64,000 nucleotides of DNA from Fistulifera solaris (GCA_030295235.1 AP026138.1:558001-622000), one strand, 5' to 3'; shown: positions 11,706 to 23,355, numbered from the stretch's first letter. Notes: a model not told the origin generated them from the sequence alone. Numbers and translations are program-made.

Positions 11706-11994
11706 AGAGGTGACAGAAAGGACGACGAAGAATCGAATAAATGCGTGTTGTAAAAAAGTTAATTACTGGAATAGTGTCTTATACAAGAAGAGAGGATGCA
11801 TAAACATGTGTTGAAGCGTCGGTAGGTGAGCGGCCGCCAACGAAAGAATACCTTTGTAGAGAAGTATACCCGAGTACCTAAGACACATTGTAAACTCTAG
11901 CGTGACTTAGATATGATGTTTTTGCATGAAATGAAAAATAATAGGTCCGCACTGGATGATGCGTCGAGAAATGATGGTAACGAAAGAGCACGTC

Positions 11995-12332
11995 ACACAG
12001 AATTTCCGTGTATTTCAACGACAAGTCCAACAGATTTTCTGTGGGTTCAACGATGTAGCACACACAGCTTCCGTGTGCTTCAACCATACCAGGTACCTAC
12101 CGGTACTTATAAGGACCTGGTAGGTCCACAGACCACAGAGTTTCTCTGAACTCATCAAAGACGCAACCACAAAATTTCCGTATAACTCAACAAAATAAAT
12201 TTACAGATTTTCTGTGGACGCAATGTTACAATGCTCACAAATTTCCGTACTTGTCAAAATACGTGCACAGATTTTCTAGGAACTTGAGGCATATAATACA
12301 TGGTGGTACCTGGTAGACAGAGTTTCCGTGTG
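11995..12332. repeat. Degenerate ~34-bp minisatellite with quasi-palindromic ACAGA-N3-TC(T/C)GT core
   Basis: Core at 11997, 12030, 12064, 12135, 12169, 12203, 12237, 12267 and 12317. Confidence 0.75.
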
Positions 12333-12485
12333 TCTCACAGAAATACATGCCGAAAAGGAAGAATGAAGGTGAAGAAGCAGGCCACCACAAGAAAGTAGAC
12401 TAGAGTAAAATCGTAATCGATCATTAAACTTCAAATCGCGTTACCGGAGTAAACATTAAGGCCCTTTTTATTCACAGACGGAATC

Positions 12486-13379
12486 ATGTTCAAAAGAGAG
12501 CGAATAAGCGATCGAATATACGGCGTCGAAACGACGAGGAGGAGGAACAACTGGAGAGTGCACACACCTCGGATAGCAACCACGACGACTCCTCGACAAA
12601 TCACTTGTCACAAATTCAACAAAAGAAAAAACGACGAATGATTCTGGAATCATTGCAATATCGGAAAGGTGTCAATGCTGCAAAATTACTACAACAACAA
12701 ATCAATCCCGTCGAACAACTTGGTGATTATCTTACCGTAACCGCCGATGACCCACGAGAAGGAGTTTTAGAACAAAAACATCGCCAAGCCATGGAAGCGT
12801 ATATTGCCGAGAATTTAGGATCCGCGACTACTACGCAACACGACAAGGAGACGAAGGTTGTACACAATGCGACAGAACAGTTGTACGCGGAATTATCGGA
12901 AGCCGCCATGCGGTTGGCGGGCCGATCCAGCGTCGATGATGTGGGAGGAACGATGGCGGGCACGAGTCTCGCCGAAGTCGTGCTACCGGTAGAAGAACGC
13001 ATGGCGGCACTGGAAGAGACCGCGCGTGCGACGAAAGTGAAGGATGGTCGGACGAATCTTCCTGCTGCGTCCAAAGCGAGCATCAATTCAGCAGTACCCA
13101 ATCGATTCGCGGCGCCGGCTCGGCCCAAAGTTCTTTATGACGCTACAACGACTGCACTGGAGCAAGAAGCAGGTTTTATGGATGAGACTGGTACTACATC
13201 TACGAGTGATGATGCCCCCGACAACGATCGAGTCGGATTTCACGCATTTCGACGACAACAAAACGGGGAAATACGTGCTTTAAACAATTCCCATGAAAGG
13301 GGGAGGCCATCGTGCTACAGACGATCGAGCATTCAAGAACTTTGTCACCAAACAGCGTGAACGAAGACAAAATCGATGA
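12486..13379 (+). CDS. C9orf78/Tls1-like splicing-associated protein (two apparent frameshifts)
   Basis: ATG at 12486 joins ORF 12605 if one A is added at about 12492 (MFKKRANKRSNIRRR). Internal SLAEVVLPVEERMAALEET. A shift at the G run near 13300 gives the C-terminus HRATDDRAFKNFV*, matching the family ATDD..F motif. Confidence 0.75.
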
Positions 13380-13423
13380 TAAAGTCTATGGGAGCCATTA
13401 GTTACGAGCTTGCGTGTATTCAT

Positions 13424-14158
13424 CTAGTTCACGTCGGTAGTCAAAAGTTCGTACAGCATAGAGGGCTTGGCTGGTTCGAGTCGAACAGATGGTGACCTTG
13501 CCCATTTATTGTTTGAAATGAGATATCGCTGAATACGACTCGCCATGCGAGAGGCAGCATTCGGTTTCCCCGTCGTCCACCGTTGGTTCAAAACTTCCTG
13601 GAGCTCCAAAACGGAATCAATCGCCTTTTCGCCCCTCTTCTTTTGCACTTCATCGTTTAATAACCACAATGAGAAAGGGATCGTCCAGTACAAAGTTACA
13701 TGTTGCAGTGAAGAGGACAATTGCACATGAACGATATCCACTGGTTCACCCTGAACACTCCATTCTCCGACCGTCTTTTGACTCATCGCACAATTCATTT
13801 CCAAGCACTGCAACGCCGCAGCGCGTACGTGATACAATGTGTATTGATATTTCGGAGAAAGTTGGCGCTCGTCATGTTTGCCGGAACTTATTTCATCCAA
13901 TTCGACGCGAAAGGATTGCTTTGACTGAGAGGATGCTTGAATGATTTCCACACTTTCTTGTAAGAGAGGCAAGCCTTCCCGTAAGACGGACGCAAAGACG
14001 GGATTGCGATGTCGTGGTGCCGCCATTGCATCGTAATGTTCGTCATTATTCCGAGGAGAGGAAGAACAGTAACGGCGAGGCTGGTGAAGAATTCGCCTCC
14101 GTGAAGATGTCAGACATAATTTCAAGCGCGGTATGGGATTTGCCTGCAGCATTTGCAT
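13424..14158 (-). CDS. Putative mitochondrial ribosome-binding factor A (RbfA)-like protein
   Basis: Arg/Ser-rich presequence. VDIVHVQLSSSLQHVTLYW and SPSVRL resemble RbfA strands, but the similarity is weak. Confidence 0.5.
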   Translation of the reverse strand: MQMLQANPIPRLKLCLTSSRRRILHQPRRYCSSSPRNNDEHYDAMAAPRHRNPVFASVLREGLPLLQESVEIIQASSQSKQSFRVELDEISSGKHDERQLSPKYQYTLYHVRAAALQCLEMNCAMSQKTVGEWSVQGEPVDIVHVQLSSSLQHVTLYWTIPFSLWLLNDEVQKKRGEKAIDSVLELQEVLNQRWTTGKPNAASRMASRIQRYLISNNKWARSPSVRLEPAKPSMLYELLTTDVN

Positions 14159-14863
14159 GCAGGCTTCAATGAGGATTCCTGTCTATTATCTACTAGACTA
14201 CTTAATGTTGAGAAAAGAGTGTTTCCACTGGAAGATGTTTGTGCTCGTTTTGATATCCATTCCGTTTTTTTTTTTCGTTTATTACCAGGTACTCGAGTAT
14301 TTTATGCGGCGGTGATTTTTCGTGACTAAATGCAGTCGTGCATACAACGGACAACACTTTGGGGTTATAGTAACTTTTAGGTCATCCAGTTTGAATGATT
14401 TTCACGTCGATCCTGCATCTCCACTTTCCCTAAACGCTCTGCTTGATTGCTCAAGCTCATTTAGATATCGGCAAAAGTAATTTACTAACGAAAAAGTGGA
14501 TGGCAAGAGAAAATTAGTGAAGGAAACGATGTTCGTGACATGGATTTAGCCACTAAAGTCCATAGCACTTTTAAACGCACGATCCTCCCCCTCTCCGCCC
14601 CGACTTTCGACATTACTGTTAGGTATAAAGCTTCTGCTGGTTCATTACGCAGTTTAACATCTAATGACACAAACTAGATACGAAATCCTACTCAGGCTCT
14701 CCCTCTATCCGCGTTCGCTTTCGCTAGCAATATTCGTTACTTACGTTGTCTTCTCCCATGCATGATCGCAACAGTGCCTCAACAAAAGTGTGAATGAGCA
14801 AGAAAATCGCTTTATTGACTCAGTCCTGTTATCGTTAGTTTATTAAACTTGTTAGTCGATCGC

Positions 14864-15667
14864 TTAGTTTGTGCCTGCCCCTTCTGCCGCTTTGATTTGA
14901 CCCCGGGTAAAACTGACATAAGCCGTCCAGAAGAAGGAAACAATGTGGCGAAATGGCATACGAATATGAACAGGAAGAATAAACTGGACACAGTCACTGG
15001 GTCCCCATAATTGTATCATGGCGGTGAGGTCCTCCTGCGCGCAAGTCACGGTGTCAGTCGAGAGCACACAATAATCGACTATCGTCGGAATGCCCACACG
15101 TACCTTCATATTCTTGGAGTATTTAGTAATTCCATCATGAGCCCAGTCGACAGGATTCCAACTTGATCCACCTACAAATTCCTTGACCATGTAATACGTG
15201 GGAAAGTACATCATGGGCAAATGCACAATGACGTCGAACAAGACCATCTTGGCGGCATCGAGCATGCCGGCCGGGTACTTGAATTTATCGATCAGCGACA
15301 TCTTTGCAAACTTGTCCATCGTAGGAAACCACCGGCGGTATTGGGTCACCATGAGCCAATATTGGAAGCCGCCCAGATACACGAAACCAAAGACCACGAA
15401 AATTCCATTGCGACGCCAGTCCACTTCGGAAAGTTGTTTGCCTTCGGCGACTGTTTGCACTACCAAGTCCGCAGCGGAAGTCTTGACGGTAGCAACAATC
15501 AATTGAAACGCGAAGGGGTGTTCTTTGGTGAACGATGCAAATCTACCGGGTGCCTTGGTGTCTTTCGCGGCATTGACGCCGGTTTTGCTATTCTTAGCAG
15601 CTTGCGAAAAGGCTCGACTTCTGGCAGTTACTGGAGCTGATCCTAATGTACGATAAAAGCAAATCAT
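14864..15667 (-). CDS. Mpv17/PMP22 family membrane protein
   Basis: KTSAADLVVQ...VDWRRN...FG and WGPSDCVQFILPVHIRMPF..VSFFWTAYVS motifs. In-frame GT-AG intron at 15035-15103. Start is uncertain (MICFYRT). Confidence 0.88.
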   Translation of the reverse strand: MICFYRTLGSAPVTARSRAFSQAAKNSKTGVNAAKDTKAPGRFASFTKEHPFAFQLIVATVKTSAADLVVQTVAEGKQLSEVDWRRNGIFVVFGFVYLGGFQYWLMVTQYRRWFPTMDKFAKMSLIDKFKYPAGMLDAAKMVLFDVIVHLPMMYFPTYYMVKEFVGGSSWNPVDWAHDGITKYSKNMKVRVGIPTIVDYCVLSTDTVTCAQEDLTAMIQLWGPSDCVQFILPVHIRMPFRHIVSFFWTAYVSFTRGQIKAAEGAGTN

Positions 15668-15813
15668 GGTGATGCAAGTGGCAAGTATTGATTTCAATTG
15701 CATCCTCAAGAGACTCTATAGGCATGAAACGGCAAACTGTTTTCGTTCTATCGATAAGCAAACAAGCAAACGAATGCGTGATGTTTTCAAAAATGTTGGC
15801 TGATTCACTATAA

Positions 15814-15900
15814 GCCAACGTGTATCAACGAGTACCGTGTCGACGTCAGCATCATTGCCAACGTGTATCAACGAGTACCGTGTCGACGTCAGCATCATTG
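15814..15900. repeat. Perfect 43-bp tandem duplication
   Basis: GCCAACGTGTATCAACGAGTACCGTGTCGACGTCAGCATCATT x2 at 15814 and 15857. Confidence 0.95.
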
Positions 15901-16208
15901 GAAGTACGTCATCAGTGTCTCATTCACGACGTTTCGTGACTTCTAGCATTCTTACACAGTCTTTCATCGTAATCCTTAGTCCATAGTCTAGAGGTCTAGG
16001 TCTAGAGACTAGTTTTTTTTCTTGCATACCTGGGTAATAAGTCATTGTTTGAGTACCATGATCGTATTATTCCTAATTGAATGCAGACTATATATTCTCA
16101 CAGGCATCCCTCATTGGTCTCCGATCATCCTCACTCCATTGGTCTCCGATCATCCTAACTCACCAGATTTCAATTATCCTTTTCAAATCGATTTACGAGT
16201 CCTCTAAA

Positions 16209-17369
16209 CTACAGGTAAGCAATGGCTCCATTGAAACGAAAGTCGATAATTTTCCAGTTGAGAGCCATTTCCTCTTCGTCGTACTCTCTCTGAAAGGCCA
16301 CGACATAGGAATTAGCTCGAATATCGTCCTCTGATCCCTCAACGACTTCTCCACTCTCTTTTTGCGTACACAGTTGATTTGCTGACACATGAAATGAAGA
16401 ATAATGATAGGTGAACCTTTATTCACTACATCCGGCTGCAAACAAGAAAGAGGTGTCATGGTAAGAGAGCCGTTGCATCACGCCAGCTACACATCAAACG
16501 TAATAAATGATTTACCTCAACTGCCAAAATCTCCGAGTTCATAATCGCCAAAACGTGTGTATCGATTTGTACACCTTCTTGTTCACGCGCCTTCATCTCC
16601 GCAGCCAATCGTTTGAACACTCCTTCGCCCAACCACGGCTTCAGTTGATTGATTTTGCCTTCCAAAAACCATGACATGATCTGGGGAAGCGTGTGCTCCA
16701 CGACGTCTTCTCTCCAATCGTCCAGAGTAAATTCTGGATCTAACTTTCGCAGCTCCGCCACCGCGATGGATTCGGGGGTTTCGGCCGTCACGGTTTCGTA
16801 GACGGACGATACGCGATAGACCCACGGATTTTGACTCGTTTCCCAAGCTTCTTGCGCATCTTCTCGCAAGTGATCCACCTTTTTCTTTATTTTCTTGGCT
16901 CCCGACTTTTCATAAAAATCTTCGGTCCGTGTCAAAATGTCTTGAATGACGGGTGCTTGCGCCAGTCGCTTCTGCATCCGTTCCCAGGCGGTCAAATGTT
17001 CCGATTCATCAATCACCATGATTTCTACCGGCCCATTGTAGGGCTCATCACCACCCGGCGTCTCGTGTGGGTGAATGAGTTTTTATTGATGGATTTCCGT
17101 TCGCCCGATGCTAACAGTTCCTGCCATGTTTTGCCAACTTCGTCTGAAAACACAGCCCATTTCTCCGCGAGGGTTCTCATGATATCATTATTATTGCTTG
17201 TTGATTTTTCTTCATCATCCTTTCCTTCCTTTTTGAGACGATTGACTGTATCTCTCAGTGAGTCGCCTTTTGTTTCATTGGAGGCAAACGATCGGGCGAC
17301 AAAGAGCTGCTTCGTTCGCGGACGAATGAGCTGTGCGGACGCTCGACGTAGTAATGCGGATCGCAACAT
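16209..17369 (-). CDS. TIM44: Mitochondrial import inner membrane translocase subunit Tim44
   Basis: Mitochondrial presequence MLRSALLRRASA; WETSQNP, ELRKLDPEF, FMCQQINCVRKK.GEVVEGSEDDI. Intron at 16436-16515. Apparent frameshifts near 17080 and 16360. Confidence 0.9.
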
Positions 17370-17963
17370 AGCCAATATCTAATACTTGCGATGATAAAGT
17401 TCGTTTTGTGATCTATCGATGGATAATAATGACGAGAAGGAAGATTTGACGTCGCGAAAGCGAAGGAAGTGCGGGTTGTTGCTTGTGAATGAAAATGCTT
17501 TTGCTTTTTCTTTATTTTCTCCCACCAAAAAAGTCAACGATCCCCGTTTCTCGTTTGCGACCGGATGACGGACGACCCTTCAGGACTCATCAGTCGAGTC
17601 ATGAGTAAACAACAGAACATAAGGAAAAGCAAAGTAGCCTACTTAATATTCTATAGTCAAATATCTAGTATCTTCTTTCGTGTTGTCTTATTCGTCCCAT
17701 TTCCGACGTGGAACGATGAACGAAGAAAGGGAACGTCACAACTTCAACGGTCCGTTTCTTGTTTTCTGTTTCGCCACTCGAAAAAGGTCATCGTCATGGT
17801 CGCGTGCAGAATTTGATGGATGGCGATGGCAGTTGGTGTTCTTCGCGAGCTTTTTTTCTATTCAAGTCACTGTGAGGAGATAGACCCTTTACTCGCTCCT
17901 TCTGTCCCCCTTCCTCATTCATAAACAAAAGGCTTTCATAAAAGAGTCACACGTCTACCAAAC

Positions 17964-19043
17964 ATGAAAGGTTCATCGTGTGCATTCTTTGTTTCGACGC
18001 TTTGCTGCGTGAACGTCATTCATGCTTGGCTGGGTTCGACGATGAAGCAGAAGCCGTTCTCTACTTTCCCATCAGTTTCTCGTCCTTCAGTAACAAGGAA
18101 ATTGTTCATGGACATTGAACAAGATTCAGTAGCAAAATCATTTCGCATCGAAATTCCAGGTATCGCGTCGGCACTGTCGATTCCTCGACACATCCAGCAT
18201 TCTGAAATCGATCAAGCTATCGCAGCCAACGGAATGCCTTGGCAGTCATCGATTGATCCGCACTATCGTAGTTTAGCAGACGATTCCAATAAACCCTTTT
18301 ATCTGCCATTTTGGGAATGGCAAATGGATTACATGAAAAAACATTTAACCAATCTCCAAGTCCTGCCGGTCGAGAGCAAGCAAGGTCAGGATTTGTCCTA
18401 TCGAACCAATGGCAAGGTTCGATTGCATACATTTCAATGCTCTTCGGACGAATACAAATGCATCCGCATGACGGTCATGGATGGCGGTGCACGGACGCAA
18501 GTCTTTACTTCGCTCTGGTATCCCCAACCGCACTTCCATCTACCCGTTTTGGGGATCGACTTGCTCCAATTCGGACAATCCAAACATCTCTGTATCGTCG
18601 ACTTTCAACCGATTCACGAAAATTCATCACAAGACCAGCCATTTGAGCACTTGCTACAACCCATTCGTGACCAATACCCTTCTTTGCACGGAAAAATGAC
18701 CCGACGGTTCTACGACGAAGATGCCTTCTTTTCCAAGCAGATGCTGTTGGGGAGAAGCGACCGCGCCGGCGCCAACGATCTGGTCTACAAAAATTTGTTT
18801 CCGGCGTACCAGGCGTATGTCAACACACATGTTCAAATGGTACAATCCGCGACGCCCCGCCCATCGACCGTGGCCGACGTATTGCAACGACATGCGGCCT
18901 ACGATAACTACTCGGCCGCTCGCGATCCGGCGCATGCCATGCTGGCGGCGACCTTTGGAAACGACTTTGCGGATGACTACGTTTACGATATCCTGTTTCC
19001 GCTGGCGGATAGAGGCGTCAGTGGTACACTGGAGTCCTGTTGA
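17964..19043 (+). CDS. pebA: Ferredoxin-dependent bilin reductase, PebA lineage (divergent copy), plastid-targeted
   Basis: IRMTVMDGGARTQVFTSLWYP..LPVLGIDLL..VDFQP, FYDEDAFFSK and YDNYSAARDPA are PebA-type motifs. Signal peptide ends VIHA-W. Confidence 0.88.
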   Translation: MKGSSCAFFVSTLCCVNVIHAWLGSTMKQKPFSTFPSVSRPSVTRKLFMDIEQDSVAKSFRIEIPGIASALSIPRHIQHSEIDQAIAANGMPWQSSIDPHYRSLADDSNKPFYLPFWEWQMDYMKKHLTNLQVLPVESKQGQDLSYRTNGKVRLHTFQCSSDEYKCIRMTVMDGGARTQVFTSLWYPQPHFHLPVLGIDLLQFGQSKHLCIVDFQPIHENSSQDQPFEHLLQPIRDQYPSLHGKMTRRFYDEDAFFSKQMLLGRSDRAGANDLVYKNLFPAYQAYVNTHVQMVQSATPRPSTVADVLQRHAAYDNYSAARDPAHAMLAATFGNDFADDYVYDILFPLADRGVSGTLESC

Positions 19044-19288
19044 GGACTTTCAAAGATTGTATAGATAATAAATAATATAGAAACGATTGTATTTATGAAT
19101 AATAAGGTGATGCCTGATACTCACAAACGGATGTGCTCCCTTTCCTTTAGATATATGAAGTACATGAAAGACTATCAAACAAGGAAGTATTCAGTAAAGT
19201 AGTTGTTATTATCATTGTTTATAGATTATGTAAGGGAAAATTGTTTGCAAAATAAGGATAGTGTACAAAGAACGAGCAACTGTGTGGC

Positions 19289-20392
19289 TCATGGTCGCGC
19301 GGCGCCCACCGGTTCCTTGACTCCTATCGAAGTTTGTGTTCGTTGCGGAAGGCTGGATCGAGTCGTCGTTGGTCGCTCACTCATACTGAACAAGAAATCA
19401 TGGACAAAATCCATGGCCCATTCTGCCCCAAACATGGCCGTAAACAAACCAGTGGCTGGATCGCGTTCCGCCGAATACGTATCGTACGCTTTTTGTCGCT
19501 TCAATACCATGTCGAGGTCCGCCTCGACTGGATCCACTTCGCGGATCAAATCCAAGTGTGTCTGGACGTAGGATTGGAATGCCGGAAACAGTTCGTTCGA
19601 GATGATGCTTTCGTCTTCGAACCGCGAAAACAACATTTGTTGCGAAAAGAATTGTGTTTCATCGTAAAACTTGGAAGACATGCGTCCCTTGAGGTTCTCG
19701 TATTGCTCCTTAATGGGTTGGAGTCGGTGTTCAAAGGTGGTCGCGTGATCTTCCTCGTTTTCGTGCAAGGGCTGAAAGTCCACAATCGCCAAATACTTCT
19801 TACGATTAAAGGCCAACAAGTCAATGCCCAATACAGGAAGATTGTACTTCGGGTCCGGGTAAAAGACAGCGTTGTAGACTTGTGTGTTCTCACCCGCATC
19901 GTAATAAGTCATTCGAATCTTGCGATATTCCGAGGACGAGGCACAGAGGCTGACAATTCTGGCTTTCTTTTGGATGTTCTCATTGTACGAAAAGTCGGTT
20001 TTACCGTTCGTGCACGGCATGACTCGTAAGTTGGTCAAATTCTCTTTCATAAACGACATGTGCCATTCCCAAAACGGCATGTAGAGCAGATCTTCTTCCT
20101 CCGGGTATTTGGGATCAATGGAAGATTTCCATGGCATGCCTTGCGCGGCCTCGGCATGAGAGATGCTGATGCTCGGAGGATAACTATCATGAAGCAATTG
20201 ATCGAGATTGTATCTAGCTTTTGCATCAATAAAATCCTTTTCTGTATCCATGCGCATGATTTCGGTAGAGGAAACAAATGTTGGCGATGCCGCCGGTTGG
20301 CCGAGGAACGCACTTTTTCGCGAAAACGAACCAACGTACGCCTCCGTCACGATAACATTAGCGGTCACAAATAGTATTTGACAGGTGTTCAT
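19289..20392 (-). CDS. pebA: 15,16-dihydrobiliverdin:ferredoxin oxidoreductase (PebA)-like, plastid-targeted
   Basis: RKIRMTYYDAGENTQVYNAVFYP..LPVLGIDLL..VDFQPL, FYDETQFFS and YDTYSAERDPATGLF..FGAEWA.DFVHDFLF. Probable ATG at 20392 gives a signal peptide ending VTEA-Y. Confidence 0.92.
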   Translation of the reverse strand: MNTCQILFVTANVIVTEAYVGSFSRKSAFLGQPAASPTFVSSTEIMRMDTEKDFIDAKARYNLDQLLHDSYPPSISISHAEAAQGMPWKSSIDPKYPEEEDLLYMPFWEWHMSFMKENLTNLRVMPCTNGKTDFSYNENIQKKARIVSLCASSSEYRKIRMTYYDAGENTQVYNAVFYPDPKYNLPVLGIDLLAFNRKKYLAIVDFQPLHENEEDHATTFEHRLQPIKEQYENLKGRMSSKFYDETQFFSQQMLFSRFEDESIISNELFPAFQSYVQTHLDLIREVDPVEADLDMVLKRQKAYDTYSAERDPATGLFTAMFGAEWAMDFVHDFLFSMSERPTTTRSSLPQRTQTSIGVKEPVGAARP

Positions 20393-20697
20393 TGTCCTTT
20401 CGATTGATCTGTTGCTATTTGGATCGATTTGTTCTGTACAAGCTGCCTTTGAAGAGATCGTTAAGACGCTGTTGGGAGGAAGTTGAAGAGATTCGCCCAT
20501 CGGATCGCTGCCGCTGAAGTTGAACCAACGAAGATCGTGAGGTTTGCAGTTCTCCACGCACTTTTCAAAAACAGAAAGTTAGTACTTTCCTTGGTATAGT
20601 GCATTGATGCTATGATGTTTAAAGTAGTCTTGGATTCGGATTGGCGGATCTAGAAAAAATACGTATTTTTTCTAGGGCGGATTGGCGAATTGGGGAC

Positions 20698-21425
20698 GAC
20701 TCATGACTGAGAAACGAAATACAGTCGTGACAAAAGAGTCCCTCCATTATCATTTTGGGTCTATAGTCTATACCTGGTAGTGAATCCGGAGACACTACGT
20801 TTTCGACCATGCTTTCATTGCTCTAAAGCTGCGGAAGGCTTTCACATTGGAATGAGAACAAAATCAGCTCATAAGGCTTGCAAAGCGAATGAAGTTACGT
20901 ATTCCGCAGCAGTTCGAAACGGCAAAAGCATGCTTCGTGACTGAAGCAGTCGTGGCAAAACTGACAACACTTTGGGCTATAGTGAATACGGAAGACAACG
21001 ATCCGCGCGAATTTTTGACATTACAAAACGATACACGCATCAATAATGCTCGTGGAGGCTTTTGCATTGCAACAAAAGCAATCGGAGCTTAATATTTTTG
21101 CAGAGCGAGCGGTCGTTGCGCAGCAATATGATTCGGCAAAAACATGATTCATGACTGAAATGCAGTCGTGGTATCTGTAAATCAACACTTTGGTTCATAG
21201 TAAATACGAATGACAACGATCGGCGTGGTTTTTGGCATTTAATTCGCACATTTCTAATGCTGCTGAAAACTTTTTAAAATTCCATAAAAACAATTGTAAT
21301 TCAGAGTTGTTGTAGAAGGTAGACCCTACGGTGGTTACGTAGCACCTATAGATATTCGGCAAATCGTGATTGAATCGGTAGGCACAGTTACCTGGTACAA
21401 TGCTGCGGAAGGCTTTTTCATTGCC
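20698..21425. repeat. Degenerate ~214-bp tandem repeat, member of a dispersed hairpin-motif family
   Basis: Units at 20934 and 21148 (TTCRTGACTGAA..GCAGTCGTG..CAACACTTTGG..ATAGT..GACAACGATC). GCTGCGGAAGGCTTT occurs at about 20828 and about 21402. Confidence 0.7.
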
Positions 21426-21560
21426 AGCAAGACGGTGGCTAGGTAACACTTGGACTCAGCAAAAAATCATGAGATTGACGATCCGCCCGGTTTGGTGTGA
21501 CGCAGTCTATCTAATTGGCATTTTGAGAAAATGATCAGTTTGCTATGTAATTGAAACATT

Positions 21561-22773
21561 CTAGATTTTGTAAAGAACCTTCCCTTTGCTTTTTCCAGCT
21601 TCTAGGTACAAGTGACCTTCCGCAGCTTGGTCCAACGGGAATGTAGTATCCACAGTGACCTTCAGTTTGCCTTCCGCGAGCCATCCGAAGACTTCACCCG
21701 AACGCCACACCAATTCTTCACGATCTACGGTGTAATCCAGCAACTTCGGACGCGTGACATATGCCGACTTTCCGATCAAACGAAGAACGGGGAAGGCAGG
21801 AACGGCTCCCGATGCGTTCCCGAACGACACAAAGATACCTCGTCGTGCCAAGGAGTCAATGGAAATATCCACTGTAGCTTTTCCAATGCCGTCAATCACG
21901 CACTTGACGCCCTGTCCATTCGTAATTTCCTTTACTTTCGAAACGATATCGACCGATTCGTAATCTTCGTAGGAAGTACCGGCAACTTCGTCCAAGAGAA
22001 TCAATTCGTCGCATCCCAGCGATTCCGCAATATCTTTCTTTCCCTTCGGAGCGGTTCCAATCACTTTGTATCCCAAGATTTTGGCCATTTGAGCCGCCCA
22101 TTGACAAGTACCTCCGGCGACACCGTGGATCAAGCACCATTCACCGGGTTTGATCAAATCCGCGTGCGCCGACGTTGTTAAGTAATGCGCCGTCATTCCC
22201 TGCACGACACACGACGTTGCTACATCCAAGCCAATGGAGTCGGGAACCGGAAGCAGTTTATCGGCCGGTACCGCCGTATACTCGGCGTACGAGCCAAAGA
22301 CACTGTAGGCGACCCGGTCGCCGACTTTGATGCCTTGAGCGGCCGCCTCATCCGAAACCGCCGCCACGGTACCACCACCTTCTTGACCGCCCACAAAGGG
22401 AAGATCACGAGCATAAAGACCTTTGCGGTGGTATGTATCAATAAAGTTGATTCCGGAATACTGGTTTTTCACAATAACTTGCCCCGGCCCCATTTTGGGT
22501 GTGGGAAAGTCCGTCTCGACTTTCAGAGCATGGGCATCACCCGTCTCGCGGACGACAGCCGCCTATTTGATTAAAGTTAAAAATGAGAGGTCCAGAAAGA
22601 GAATGTAAAGAAGGAAGATACGCGTACTACAATAATATCGTCTCTTTCTGGTTTGAAAGTCGATGATAGAATGCATCACGTACCTTCATTGTTGCGGGGA
22701 CGGACGACATGAATCGAAGCTGCACGGTTTTGACGGCAGTCTGACGAGCAGTGGCCTGGAAAGCAACAAACAT
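21561..22773 (-). CDS. NADPH:quinone oxidoreductase (zeta-crystallin/MDR family)
   Basis: GINFIDTYHRKGLY, GQEGGGTV, QGMTAHYL, VSFGNASG, GKSKGKVL. Exon 1 at 22773-22684 encodes a mitochondrial-type presequence. Intron at 22563-22683. Confidence 0.93.
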
Positions 22774-23355
22774 GATCTAATACTTGATTTTGTTAATTAA
22801 AATGTCAAAGGAAAGTCGAATGAACTTTCGGAATGACAGCGATCAACTAAGATCAAACGGCGGCCCACGAGGAGTTTGTTTTGTCATGGTTTGTTTCTCG
22901 AAAGGCGAAATACGTCATCTCTCTCGTCACAATTTGTTAACCCTAACCCTACCGTTCATCAATGCCGTCCATTTTCACTATAGCGCAAATAGAAGACGAC
23001 GTTTTCGACGACTCCAACAATTTCAGTCCCGAATGTCGCCATTGACAACAAAAAAATACTCCGTACTGATCAGCAACAACACAACAAAACAACAAAATGC
23101 ACCATGAAATGTACGAAGGCTTGCTATCGACAATAGACCAGTAATTACACACCCTCGAGCTTTTGCCTAATCTGGAAAGCGGGTAAACTCTACACTGTCA
23201 CAGCATTATCCGCATAACAATTCGTAATCGACACATATTTTGAAAAAGGGCGCAGGAGAAAAAGCCATTCGACCGACAACGATCGTTTTTCATTGCATTC
23301 CTCCCTAAAACTTTGAACTCGCTCTGTCGCCTTGCTCTTCCTATTTTATAAAACG

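Noticed and set aside
11995..12332. CRISPR-like repeat-spacer array
   Set aside because: The core is only about 13-15 bp and degenerate, and spacers are short and partly similar to each other. This fits a decayed minisatellite better.
17964..20392. Cyanobacterial pebA-pebB operon or bacterial contamination
   Set aside because: The genes are convergent, both PebA-like, carry eukaryotic bipartite presequences and lie among intron-containing genes.
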